Below, in pieces: positions 1 through 7,614 of a stretch of DNA of 32,000 nt (position 1 is the first letter of the stretch; each line of letters starts with the position of its first letter). The translations under genes were made by a program, and so were the position numbers. Origin of the DNA: Erysipelotrichaceae bacterium (GTDB taxonomy: Bacteria > Bacillota_I > Bacilli_A > Erysipelotrichales > Coprobacillaceae); assembly GCA_028698185.1 (NCBI GenBank), contig JAQVDW010000003.1, positions 60,001 through 92,000 on the forward strand. The letters run 5' to 3'. The notes beneath the pieces are model-generated. The model worked only from the letters and a program-made list of their open reading frames with translations. It was not told the DNA's origin and made no database searches.

Positions 1-515
1 CCAACATTGCCTTGAATGCCGAAGTTCTTGTATCTGGACAAGGAACGATGACGCCGCTAGCGGGTGCTTTTATGACTATCTTTGGAAACTGGATGTCATA
101 TCCGGCAATGATGATCGCCTTTTTCCTTGTGGCGAGATCCGCCCACCTGAAATCCATCCGCAAATTGGCCATTGTGCCCGATTTATTCAACATCAATGAA
201 CCGCTGACATTCGGGGTACCCATTGTTTTGAACTTGACCTTGGCCTTGCCAATAATGATCTGCAATGTGATTATGTGTAGTGTTGCATACATATTGATGA
301 GCAGTGGGATAGTCGGCTCAATATACATTACGATGCCTTTTACAACCCCGGCAGTAATCCAGCTTTTCCTGTCAACCGGAGACATCAAATCGGTAATCAT
401 GTGGGTAGCAATGTTCATTGTCGATATCATTATTTTGATCCCATTTGTAAAAATTTACGATAAGCAAATGTTGGCTGAAGAAAATGTGAATTTAACAGCC
501 CCAGTCGAAGCATAA
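1..515 (+). CDS. PTS lactose/cellobiose-family EIIC permease, C-terminal part. The 5' end lies outside the window, the reading frame is 3, and the stop TAA is at 513-515.
   Basis: The frame is open from the window edge, and the listed TTG 'start' at 12 is internal. The sequence is highly hydrophobic and carries the EIIC(Lac/Cel) signature region ...LAIVPDLFNINEPLTFGVPIVLN... Confidence 0.8.
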   Translation, partial: NIALNAEVLVSGQGTMTPLAGAFMTIFGNWMSYPAMMIAFFLVARSAHLKSIRKLAIVPDLFNINEPLTFGVPIVLNLTLALPIMICNVIMCSVAYILMSSGIVGSIYITMPFTTPAVIQLFLSTGDIKSVIMWVAMFIVDIIILIPFVKIYDKQMLAEENVNLTAPVEA

Positions 516-527
516 CCTCAGTCAAAA

Positions 528-556
528 TTGCTCTGTCATTGATAATATGCTAAAAT
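528..556 (+). promoter_or_regulatory. Candidate sigma-A promoter for the LacI-sulfatase unit: TTGCTC, 17 nt spacer, TAAAAT.
   Basis: The -35 TTGCTC lies at 528-533 and the -10 TAAAAT at 551-556, with a 17-nt spacer. The site is about 30 nt upstream of the ATG at 588. Confidence 0.35.
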
Positions 557-576
557 TATACCTATATGAAGGTATA
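557..576. promoter_or_regulatory. Inverted repeat TATACCT-N6-AGGTATA immediately downstream of the candidate -10. It is a possible operator.
   Basis: The two 7-nt arms (557-563 and 570-576) are perfectly complementary. They sit between the -10 and the RBS AAGGTGG. Confidence 0.3.
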
Positions 577-587
577 AGGTGGTAATT

Positions 588-1631
588 ATGGCAACTATTA
601 AAGACATTGCAAAAAAAATGAACTTAGGTGTATCGACGGTATCGATGGCCCTAAATAATAATCCTCGGATATCTCAGGCAACACGCCAGGAAGTAATGCG
701 TGTTGCCAATGAGATGGGATATGTGAAAAATTGGTTGGCAGCTGACTTGCAAGGAGGTCGCAACAATTTGATTTTGGTCATTGTTGATGACGCTTCGAGA
801 CCATATTTTTCTCGATTTATCGATATCGTCCAAAATAGAATCGCATATCATGGTTTTGATTTGTTGATATCGACAACCTTCAACAATCATTTGGATACAG
901 CCAAACGATACCTGTCGCAAAATCGCGGAGCAGGTGCTATCGTTTTTACCATGCAAATTGACGACGATTTCATAAACAAATGTGCAAATGATGAATTCCC
1001 GATTTATGTATTTGGCCGCGAAGTTGTTGGCAACGAGAATGTCTACTGCCAAAAAGAAGTAAGCTATTATTTGAGCGGTTATTTGAGCACCAACTATCTG
1101 ATTGAACAAGGTTTCAAGAGAATCGCCTATGTCCGTCAGGTTTTAAGCACACTTGGAACGCCAAGAAGATTTGAAGGATACTTGAAAGCTCTGGCTGAAA
1201 ATAACATCGCTTTTGATGAGGGCCTCGTATTTGATGTCAATCGCGACAATGGCAAGAACATATATGATAATGGCTATATGGTAACTGAAGAAATTATCAA
1301 AAATATTCAAGATAAAAAAATAGATGCAGTCTTTTATTCAAACGATTCGCTGGCTTTGGGCGGACTCAAGTGTTTCAGTGACGCAGCGGTCAAGGTGCCG
1401 GAAGATATCTCGGTAATTGGATACGGCGACCTCCCTTATTCGCGCTTTTTAAGTCCAACTTTATCTACCGTGGGTAGCCCGGACTATGCGTCAGTCTACA
1501 ACTATGGTGTGGATACCTTGGTCAAGGCAATAAATAATGAAGATACAAGCAGTGTAGATGAAGACTACAGGGAGTTGCTGCTCAATGCCCGTGAAATTGT
1601 TTATGAAAGAGGCTCTGTCAGAAGAAAATAG
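588..1631 (+). CDS. LacI/GalR-family transcriptional regulator
   Basis: The N-terminal HTH is MATIKDIAKKMNLGVSTVSMALNNNPRISQATRQEVMRVANEMGY, followed by a periplasmic-binding-protein-like sugar-binding core. I prefer ATG 588 (RBS AAGGTGG 6 nt upstream) over the listed GTG at 579. Confidence 0.9.
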   Translation: MATIKDIAKKMNLGVSTVSMALNNNPRISQATRQEVMRVANEMGYVKNWLAADLQGGRNNLILVIVDDASRPYFSRFIDIVQNRIAYHGFDLLISTTFNNHLDTAKRYLSQNRGAGAIVFTMQIDDDFINKCANDEFPIYVFGREVVGNENVYCQKEVSYYLSGYLSTNYLIEQGFKRIAYVRQVLSTLGTPRRFEGYLKALAENNIAFDEGLVFDVNRDNGKNIYDNGYMVTEEIIKNIQDKKIDAVFYSNDSLALGGLKCFSDAAVKVPEDISVIGYGDLPYSRFLSPTLSTVGSPDYASVYNYGVDTLVKAINNEDTSSVDEDYRELLLNAREIVYERGSVRRK

Positions 1632-1643
1632 GAGAATCTTTTT

Positions 1644-3104
1644 ATGAGAGCAATTATGGTGATGTTTGATACCTTGACAAGAGGTTATCTTTCAAACTAT
1701 GGCAATAAATGGGTTAAGACCCCGAATTTTCAAAGGTTGCAGAATCGCTGTACCAGGTTTGATAAGTTTTATGGAGGCAGTATGCCATGCATCCCGGCAA
1801 GACGTGATCTTCAAACAGGTACTTACAACTTTCTGCACCGTTCCTGGGGTCCTTTGGAGCCGTTTGATTTTTCAGTAGTTGAGGAGTTGAAAAGTAAAGG
1901 TGTATATACGCACCTATGCACAGATCATTCACATTACTTTGAAGATGGCGGTGCCACTTACCATAATCGTTTCAATACCTGGGAAGGTTTCCGCGGGCAA
2001 GAAGGTGATCGCTGGACGCCTCAAAGTTATGGACAGCTACCTTCAAACAGATCCCCTAGAGCAAAAAACGGGATATCTGCAATCCAACATTATGCCAATA
2101 TCACCAGAATGCAAAAAGAGCAGGACATGTCTTCGGTCCAAACATTCAATGCGGGACTTGAATTCATCGAGAAACATTCCGGTACCGACAACTGGTTCCT
2201 GCAAATTGAGACTTTCGCACCGCATGAGCCGTTCTATGTGCCTCAGAAGTATCGTGATATGTATGACCAAAAAGGCGATGTTTACTTCAACTGGCCGGCA
2301 TACGGACCCATTGACTCAAGCGACAAGAGCAATCAGAATGATCTGGTTCAATTGCGAAAAGAGTATGCGGCCTTGATAACCATGTGTGACAATTATCTAG
2401 GCAAAGTGTTGGATATGATGGACAATAACTCGATGTGGGAAGATACAATGCTTATCATCAATACTGATCATGGATTTTTGCTTGGTGAACATGATTTCCT
2501 CGGGAAGAATTTTCCGCCGATGTATGATGAGGTTATCCATACGCCATTTTTCCTTCATCTCCCGGGGTTAAGTACGAAAGAATACGGTCATCTAGCACAA
2601 ACCACCGATATCGCACCGACGTTGTTGGATTTCTTTGGATTGGACATTCCAGATTGCGTGACAGGGAAAAGTCTTGTCAAAGCGGTCAGGGAAAATGAAC
2701 CGATTCATGAAAGCATATTGTTTGGGATTCATGGAGGCCATGTAAATATTACTGACGGTCAATACACTTTCATGAAAGCAAATGTGAATGAAGACAATCA
2801 ACCATATGTCGAATGCACCTTAATGCCAACCAAGATGCGCGGATATTTTAGTCTAGACGAGCTAAAGTCAGCAAAATTGGTTGAAGGCGACAGACACAGC
2901 AATGGTATCCCTTATCTCAAATACCAAACAAAAACTTATATGGACTCAAAGCAATTTGGTGATTTGCTCTTTAGCAATGATGATATTTTCCAACAAGATA
3001 ACATCACTGATTGTCTCTTGCGGGAAAAGTACTCAAAAATGCTTAAAAATAAAATGGAGATTTACGACGCTCCAATAGAAGAATTTATTCGCATTGGCTT
3101 TTAG
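1644..3104 (+). CDS. Cys-type sulfatase (alkaline-phosphatase superfamily) with no signal peptide
   Basis: The formylglycine signature C-I-P-A-R-R-D-L-Q-T-G-T (Cys codon at 1788-1790) fits CxPxRxxxLTG. Metal and active-site blocks are MVMFDTLT and INTDHGFLLGEH. The RBS GGAG lies 12 nt after the LacI stop. The N-terminus runs straight into the first beta-strand, so the protein is predicted to be cytoplasmic. Confidence 0.85.
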   Translation: MRAIMVMFDTLTRGYLSNYGNKWVKTPNFQRLQNRCTRFDKFYGGSMPCIPARRDLQTGTYNFLHRSWGPLEPFDFSVVEELKSKGVYTHLCTDHSHYFEDGGATYHNRFNTWEGFRGQEGDRWTPQSYGQLPSNRSPRAKNGISAIQHYANITRMQKEQDMSSVQTFNAGLEFIEKHSGTDNWFLQIETFAPHEPFYVPQKYRDMYDQKGDVYFNWPAYGPIDSSDKSNQNDLVQLRKEYAALITMCDNYLGKVLDMMDNNSMWEDTMLIINTDHGFLLGEHDFLGKNFPPMYDEVIHTPFFLHLPGLSTKEYGHLAQTTDIAPTLLDFFGLDIPDCVTGKSLVKAVRENEPIHESILFGIHGGHVNITDGQYTFMKANVNEDNQPYVECTLMPTKMRGYFSLDELKSAKLVEGDRHSNGIPYLKYQTKTYMDSKQFGDLLFSNDDIFQQDNITDCLLREKYSKMLKNKMEIYDAPIEEFIRIGF

Positions 3105-3122
3105 TAAATTATGACATGCATG

Positions 3123-3167
3123 CAACACAAAAGATGTCCCAATATGATGAGGACGTCTTTTGTGTTG
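3123..3167. other. Long 17-bp hairpin with no U-tract on either strand
   Basis: CAACACAAAAGATGTCC (3123-3139) pairs with GGACGTCTTTTGTGTTG (3151-3167). There is one G-U position and an 11-nt loop. Confidence 0.5.
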
Positions 3168-3173
3168 GAAAAT

Positions 3174-3212
3174 AAAAAAAGGCCGCATAACGAAGGAGTT
3201 ATGCGGCCTTTA
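3174..3212. terminator. Rho-independent terminator. It is strong for the minus-strand cwlO-like gene and weaker for the plus strand.
   Basis: The stem is GGCCGCATAAC (3181-3191) with GTTATGCGGCC (3198-3208) and the loop is GAAGGA. An A7 run lies on the plus side, which reads as a U7 tail for the minus transcript. Confidence 0.75.
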
Positions 3213-3229
3213 TGATAATGTTGTGTGTT

Positions 3230-4459
3230 TTAGTAAATGCGTCGAACTGTATACCATTCTGCTTGCCAGTAAGCATTATTAAGGTTGGCAATTTGAATTT
3301 GGGCTCCAGTATATGGGGCATGAACCATCTGGTTGTTGCCGATATAGATGCCCACATGATGAACACCACTTCGGGTTCCATCACGGCTGAACAGGATTAT
3401 ATCACCAGTCTGGATATTCCCTTTTGAGATGCTTTGACCCATTGTAACAAGTGAACCGGTGTACTGAACGCCGATATTGACTCCGGCATGGTAGTATGAC
3501 CAGTTGACCAATCCGGAACAGTCAAATCTTGTCGAGTTGTAATTAATGACTTCGGCCATTGTATGGCAACCGCCCCAAACGTACCATAGTCCAAGTTTCG
3601 TCAAAGCGAGAGCTGCAATTTTTTGACCGGTAGACATATCGCCAGTATTCAAATTTGCTTCGGCTTCGGCTTTTCTTTGTTCTTCGAGTGCGGCAAGACG
3701 GCTTTGTTCGGCTGCCCATGCCAATGCTGCCAGGTTGTCGTCAACCTTTTGCTGGGTCTGGCTGGCTTCCAATTGGGCCTTTTTGGCTGCTAGTACAGCT
3801 GCGTTTTGTTCCTGATAAAGAGCCAAGAGAGTGGCTTTTTTATTTGTCAGTTCAATTTTTTGCTGTTCAAGAATCTCTTTTGCGGTAACCAGGGTTGCCT
3901 GTTGGTTTTCAAACTCGGCTTTTTCGCTTGCCAGCTCATCAATCAACTGATTGTCATATGCGGTTATCTCATTCAATGAGGCAACCCGTGAAAGCAAGTC
4001 AGTAAAATCACTTGCCGAGAATATGAAATCAATCAATGCTCTGGAATTTGAGTACGTTTGCATCGTGTACATACGTTCTTTGAGCTCGTCCTCTTTTTTT
4101 GCAATGCTTTCTTCGAGGTTGGTTATCGATGTTTCAAGATACTGGATTTCGTTTTCTTTTTCACTTATATCCGATTCCACCTTATTGATGTCACCAGTCA
4201 AAGATTCGATCGAATCCTGGGTTTCCGCAGCCGCGTTTTGATTGTCTGTGATTTCATTTTTTAGATTTGCATTCTTTTCTTTCAAGTAGGCATTGAATTC
4301 CTTGCAGACTGCTTCATCCGATTCGGATAAGCTGCCTGAAGCACAGATTTGAATATATTTTTCTTCATTTTGCTCGAAATCTACCGCTTCAACATTTTTG
4401 ATTCCCATCGCCGGGATTGCCAGCATTATTGTCAAAGATAGTATAATTTTCCTTTTCAT
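3230..4459 (-). CDS. Secreted coiled-coil peptidoglycan hydrolase with a C-terminal NlpC/P60 domain (CwlO-like)
   Basis: The signal peptide is MKRKIILSLTIMLAIPAMGIKNVEA. It is followed by about 240 aa of heptad-like, E/K/Q/L-rich coiled coil. The C-terminus has the NlpC/P60 catalytic Cys (FDCSGLVNWSY) and His residues (HHVGIYIG...VHAP). Confidence 0.85.
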   Translation of the reverse strand: MKRKIILSLTIMLAIPAMGIKNVEAVDFEQNEEKYIQICASGSLSESDEAVCKEFNAYLKEKNANLKNEITDNQNAAAETQDSIESLTGDINKVESDISEKENEIQYLETSITNLEESIAKKEDELKERMYTMQTYSNSRALIDFIFSASDFTDLLSRVASLNEITAYDNQLIDELASEKAEFENQQATLVTAKEILEQQKIELTNKKATLLALYQEQNAAVLAAKKAQLEASQTQQKVDDNLAALAWAAEQSRLAALEEQRKAEAEANLNTGDMSTGQKIAALALTKLGLWYVWGGCHTMAEVINYNSTRFDCSGLVNWSYYHAGVNIGVQYTGSLVTMGQSISKGNIQTGDIILFSRDGTRSGVHHVGIYIGNNQMVHAPYTGAQIQIANLNNAYWQAEWYTVRRIY

Positions 4460-4465
4460 AATAAA

Positions 4466-4957
4466 TTACCTCGATAATTGATAAGCAAGGCGGGGTTCAT
4501 TGTTGTTCAGGTAGATGACTCCGCAGTACTTAAAACCGTATTTTTTTAAAAAATGTTGCATTGAAATGTTGTCCTTGTGAGTATCCATTTTGATATCGGA
4601 AGGATTGAAATATTTGATAGCTTCGTCTAAGAAAATTTTGGCAATTCCGCGACCTTTTAAAGAATCATCAACCGCAATCCGATGCACGACCAGATATTCT
4701 TCGTTATTGAGCCAGGCCCCATCGATTGAGATGTACGTCGGATCAATCGCGACTTCGAGCATTGCTGTTGCGACTATCCTGCCGTCATCTTCCAAAACGA
4801 AAGACCGGTCCAAGATAATGTCATTTTTAATCACATCACTGTTGGGATATCCATCCTGCCACTGATTGATATTTTGAGATTTAAGGTAAGATTTGGCCTC
4901 ATCGATTATTGCCATTATTTGTGGGATGTCAGCGTCCCTGGATTTTCTTAGTTTCAT
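4466..4957 (-). CDS. GNAT-family N-acetyltransferase
   Basis: The acetyl-CoA binding block is HRIAVDDSLKGRGIAKIFLDEAI, and the protein has the typical GNAT length. I prefer ATG 4957 (MKLRKSRD..., RBS GGTGAT) over the listed upstream start at 5017. Its stop TAA (4466-4468) lies inside the GAGGTAA RBS of the downstream hydrolase gene. Confidence 0.85.
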   Translation of the reverse strand: MKLRKSRDADIPQIMAIIDEAKSYLKSQNINQWQDGYPNSDVIKNDIILDRSFVLEDDGRIVATAMLEVAIDPTYISIDGAWLNNEEYLVVHRIAVDDSLKGRGIAKIFLDEAIKYFNPSDIKMDTHKDNISMQHFLKKYGFKYCGVIYLNNNEPRLAYQLSR

Positions 4958-5043
4958 AGTATCACCACTGTAATCATAACATAAATAATCAGATTTTATC
5001 AAGGAATTATTAGGCAAAGGTCTTATAACTGGTATCGTGAAAA

Positions 5044-5072
5044 ATTATACTCAACCATAAAAAAAGTAAAGA
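5044..5072 (-). promoter_or_regulatory. Weak candidate promoter for the GNAT-hydrolase operon
   Basis: On the minus strand a TATAAT lies at plus coordinates 5044-5049. It is preceded at 16 nt by CTTTAC, which sits within the upstream terminator stem. Confidence 0.3.
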
Positions 5073-5092
5073 ATCACTCTTTACTTTTTTTG
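5058..5092. terminator. Bidirectional-looking terminator at the end of the ABC operon
   Basis: The stem is AAGTAAAGA (5064-5072) with TCTTTACTT (5078-5086), flanked by an A-run and a T-run. The hairpin overlaps the stop codon of the 543-aa SBP gene (5081-5083). Confidence 0.7.
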
Positions 5093-6712
5093 CGAATTAA
5101 CATAATCGATAACTGTCTGGCCGCCATTAATCATGTATTCTTCGACAAACTTGTCGAAATAATCAATACTTTCATATCCGGAAATAATTTTAATGAAGGT
5201 GTCTTGCTCGTACTGGTCAAGTTCATTTTTTGTTTTTGCAAAAGGGTCGTAATTGCCGCTGTATCCGGTATTTGTCGGGGCCAATGTTTTAGTGGTGAAC
5301 AATTTAATTGCCTTGATTCTTGAAGTGTAGGCGGACCATCCCAAAGGGTCAAAAGGACCGTTTAGGTAATTTGATATTGTCACAAGATATGACTGTTCCA
5401 AGGCGGAAAGATTTTCTTTTTTGACTTCCTTGTTCAGGCCCCGGACAATATTGGCTGATGTTTTAACCAAGGCGTCCTGAAAGTCGATATTGATTGAAAG
5501 GGGGCGGGCGGTGGGATCGACATTCAGAGCGAAATAATTGTTGATTTCGGTTGCCTTGTCAGTCTGAAATCTGGTGTAGTCAAAGATAACAGAGGCGATC
5601 TTGAAAATTATTTCGGGATGTTCAAAATCCTTGGAGGCGACAATGTACTTGTTGATGGGGCTGGTGGTATGGTATGTAGTAACGTCACCCGAGGTTTTGA
5701 TCAGGTATGGAACCCAGTTGGCAGAGGGGTCTTTTGTCAATGCTTCACTTAAAGGGTCATTTGGTGACCACCAGGGCCCAAAAAAGCTGCCACATTGTCC
5801 GTCTATTATCAGGTCTTTGATATTGTTTTCACTGCGCAGCATGAAATTTTGATCGATAATGTTGCGGGAGTAGAGTGTTGATATGTAATCCAAAGCTGTT
5901 TTGGTTTCTTTAGTCAGCGACCCGTACTCCAGTTTGCTGCCTGAATCGAGCCATTGTTTAGGGAAGGAGTCAAATGCGCTAAAGTATGTGTCAAGGAGGT
6001 ATTGAGCGCTGGCTCCGTTTTCGCCTGCTATATTTTTTGATAGGACGATCCCGACGGTATCGTTGACACCGTTGGCATCGAGATCGCCGTTTACAAATTG
6101 CGTGACAATGTTTTCAATGTCGTAAATATTTTCAGGTGGCAGCAATCCAAGCTGATCGAGCCAGTCCTGCCTGAGCCAGAACAGATTTGGGCCGTCGTCA
6201 ATGTTCAAGCCAGGCAAGGCCCAAATTTCATTGTCTATTGTGACGCTGCCGATTATATCGTTGCTATAAGAGGCGTATATATCTTTTATGGTCGAAGTGG
6301 TGCAGTTGTAATAGGAATCGGTAAGATTGGCGATCATGTCATGCTCGACCAAATAATTCAGTTGCTCCTGCGAAGAGATCATGAAGATGTCGGGCAGATT
6401 GTTTTGACTGATCATCAGATCGATATTGTTATTATAATCGGAGTCGGTAGCTTCAAGAATATCGATATTTTGAATATTCAGGAATTCTTTGAGATAGCGA
6501 GTGTAGGCATTGTTTTCATATGTATCACCCAAAGGCATATTGGAGTTATTTGCCGAGGTCTCGTTGGCCAGAGTGTAATAGATTGTATCATTATAACGAC
6601 CATAAGGGGTGGACGTTGCGTAGCTGTTGTCGCCATCCGTTTGATTGTTTTGGTTATAGTTGCATCCGGTTAAAATAACCGGAAGCAAGCAGCAGATAAT
6701 CTTCTTTTTCAT
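5081..6712 (-). CDS. Large (543 aa) lipoprotein extracellular solute-binding protein, LplA-like family-1 SBP
   Basis: The lipoprotein signal MKKKIICCLLPVILTGC has the lipobox LTGC. The size and the W/Y/N-rich sequence are typical of the roughly 500-550-aa SBP subclass. The true start is ATG 6712, because the listed ORF extension to 7042 overlaps the permease gene. Confidence 0.85.
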   Translation of the reverse strand: MKKKIICCLLPVILTGCNYNQNNQTDGDNSYATSTPYGRYNDTIYYTLANETSANNSNMPLGDTYENNAYTRYLKEFLNIQNIDILEATDSDYNNNIDLMISQNNLPDIFMISSQEQLNYLVEHDMIANLTDSYYNCTTSTIKDIYASYSNDIIGSVTIDNEIWALPGLNIDDGPNLFWLRQDWLDQLGLLPPENIYDIENIVTQFVNGDLDANGVNDTVGIVLSKNIAGENGASAQYLLDTYFSAFDSFPKQWLDSGSKLEYGSLTKETKTALDYISTLYSRNIIDQNFMLRSENNIKDLIIDGQCGSFFGPWWSPNDPLSEALTKDPSANWVPYLIKTSGDVTTYHTTSPINKYIVASKDFEHPEIIFKIASVIFDYTRFQTDKATEINNYFALNVDPTARPLSINIDFQDALVKTSANIVRGLNKEVKKENLSALEQSYLVTISNYLNGPFDPLGWSAYTSRIKAIKLFTTKTLAPTNTGYSGNYDPFAKTKNELDQYEQDTFIKIISGYESIDYFDKFVEEYMINGGQTVIDYVNSQKK

Positions 6713-6741
6713 AACTGACCGTCCTGACTTATTGTGAAAAA

Positions 6742-7614
6742 TTAGCCTTTCACCGCTCCCGACATTCCATCGGCATAGAATTTCTGAATGAATACAAATA
6801 AGATGGCAATTGGGATTGAAACACATACGGCACCCGCTGCAAAACTGGTATACCAGACGTCGATATATTCTTTTTCCAGCATTTTCCATAATCCCAGGGC
6901 AACCGTATAATACTGGGAGTTGGCCCGGACTATGACTTTTGCGAAAATGAAGTCGAGCCACGGTGCCAGAAATGCGGTGATGGCAGTGTAGACAATTATC
7001 GGTTTTGAAAGAGGAATTGTGATTTTTGTGAATACCTGCCACTTTGTAGCCCCGTCGATATAGGCGGCTTCGTCAAGCGCCCGGGGAATTGTGTCAAAAA
7101 ATCCTTTAGCCACAAAGAATCCCAGCCCCGAACCGCTAGAATAGACCAAAACCAGAGCAACCCGGATCATGGCTCCCTCGGACAATCCAAGTGTTTTCAA
7201 TATATAATATACTGCAATCATTGACATAAATCCAGGGAATAATCCAAGAATCATGGCCACGTTCATTAATGGTTTGCGCAACTTGAAGCGTAGCCGGCTC
7301 ATTACGTAGGCTACAGACAAGACGAAAAATATCGAGATGATGCAGGAAAAAAACGCAATAATCAATGTGTTCATAAACATCCGGGGGAAATTCAGGATGT
7401 GCGTGTTGGTGAACAGGTTAATATAGTTGTCGAATGTGAAATTTTTGGGAAAGAAGCTGGTAACATAGGATCCCGGCTCTTTTCGGAACGAAGTGAGAAT
7501 TATCCAAAAAATCGGGAAAACCCAGATGGTTGCCAAGATAGTCAAGAATGTGTGGGCCGCAATGTTGGAAATCAACCTTTTTTTCTTTGCGGACTTGGTT
7601 TTTACGGCATTCAT
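6742..7614 (-). CDS. CUT1 sugar ABC permease, MalG/MdxG-like
   Basis: The protein has six predicted TM segments and the EAA loop ALDEAAYIDGATKWQVFTKITIPL. Its ATG overlaps the upstream stop by 1 nt (TAATG). Confidence 0.9.
   Translation of the reverse strand: MNAVKTKSAKKKRLISNIAAHTFLTILATIWVFPIFWIILTSFRKEPGSYVTSFFPKNFTFDNYINLFTNTHILNFPRMFMNTLIIAFFSCIISIFFVLSVAYVMSRLRFKLRKPLMNVAMILGLFPGFMSMIAVYYILKTLGLSEGAMIRVALVLVYSSGSGLGFFVAKGFFDTIPRALDEAAYIDGATKWQVFTKITIPLSKPIIVYTAITAFLAPWLDFIFAKVIVRANSQYYTVALGLWKMLEKEYIDVWYTSFAAGAVCVSIPIAILFVFIQKFYADGMSGAVKG

Noticed and set aside
6098-6673. A 191-aa plus-strand ORF antisense to the 543-aa SBP gene. Similar ORFs of 120-160 aa lie antisense or out of frame in the lacI, sulfatase, PPase, nfnB, glgP and mdxF genes.
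   Set aside because: All of them are fully embedded in well-supported genes with clear family motifs. None has a start context or a recognisable domain.
6713-7042. A 110-codon N-terminal extension of the listed 653-aa ORF (5081-7042).
   Set aside because: The extension overlaps the 3' end of the MalG-like permease gene in another frame. It has a Cys/His/Arg-rich junk composition. A perfect lipoprotein start (MKKKIICCLLPVILTGC) lies at ATG 6712.
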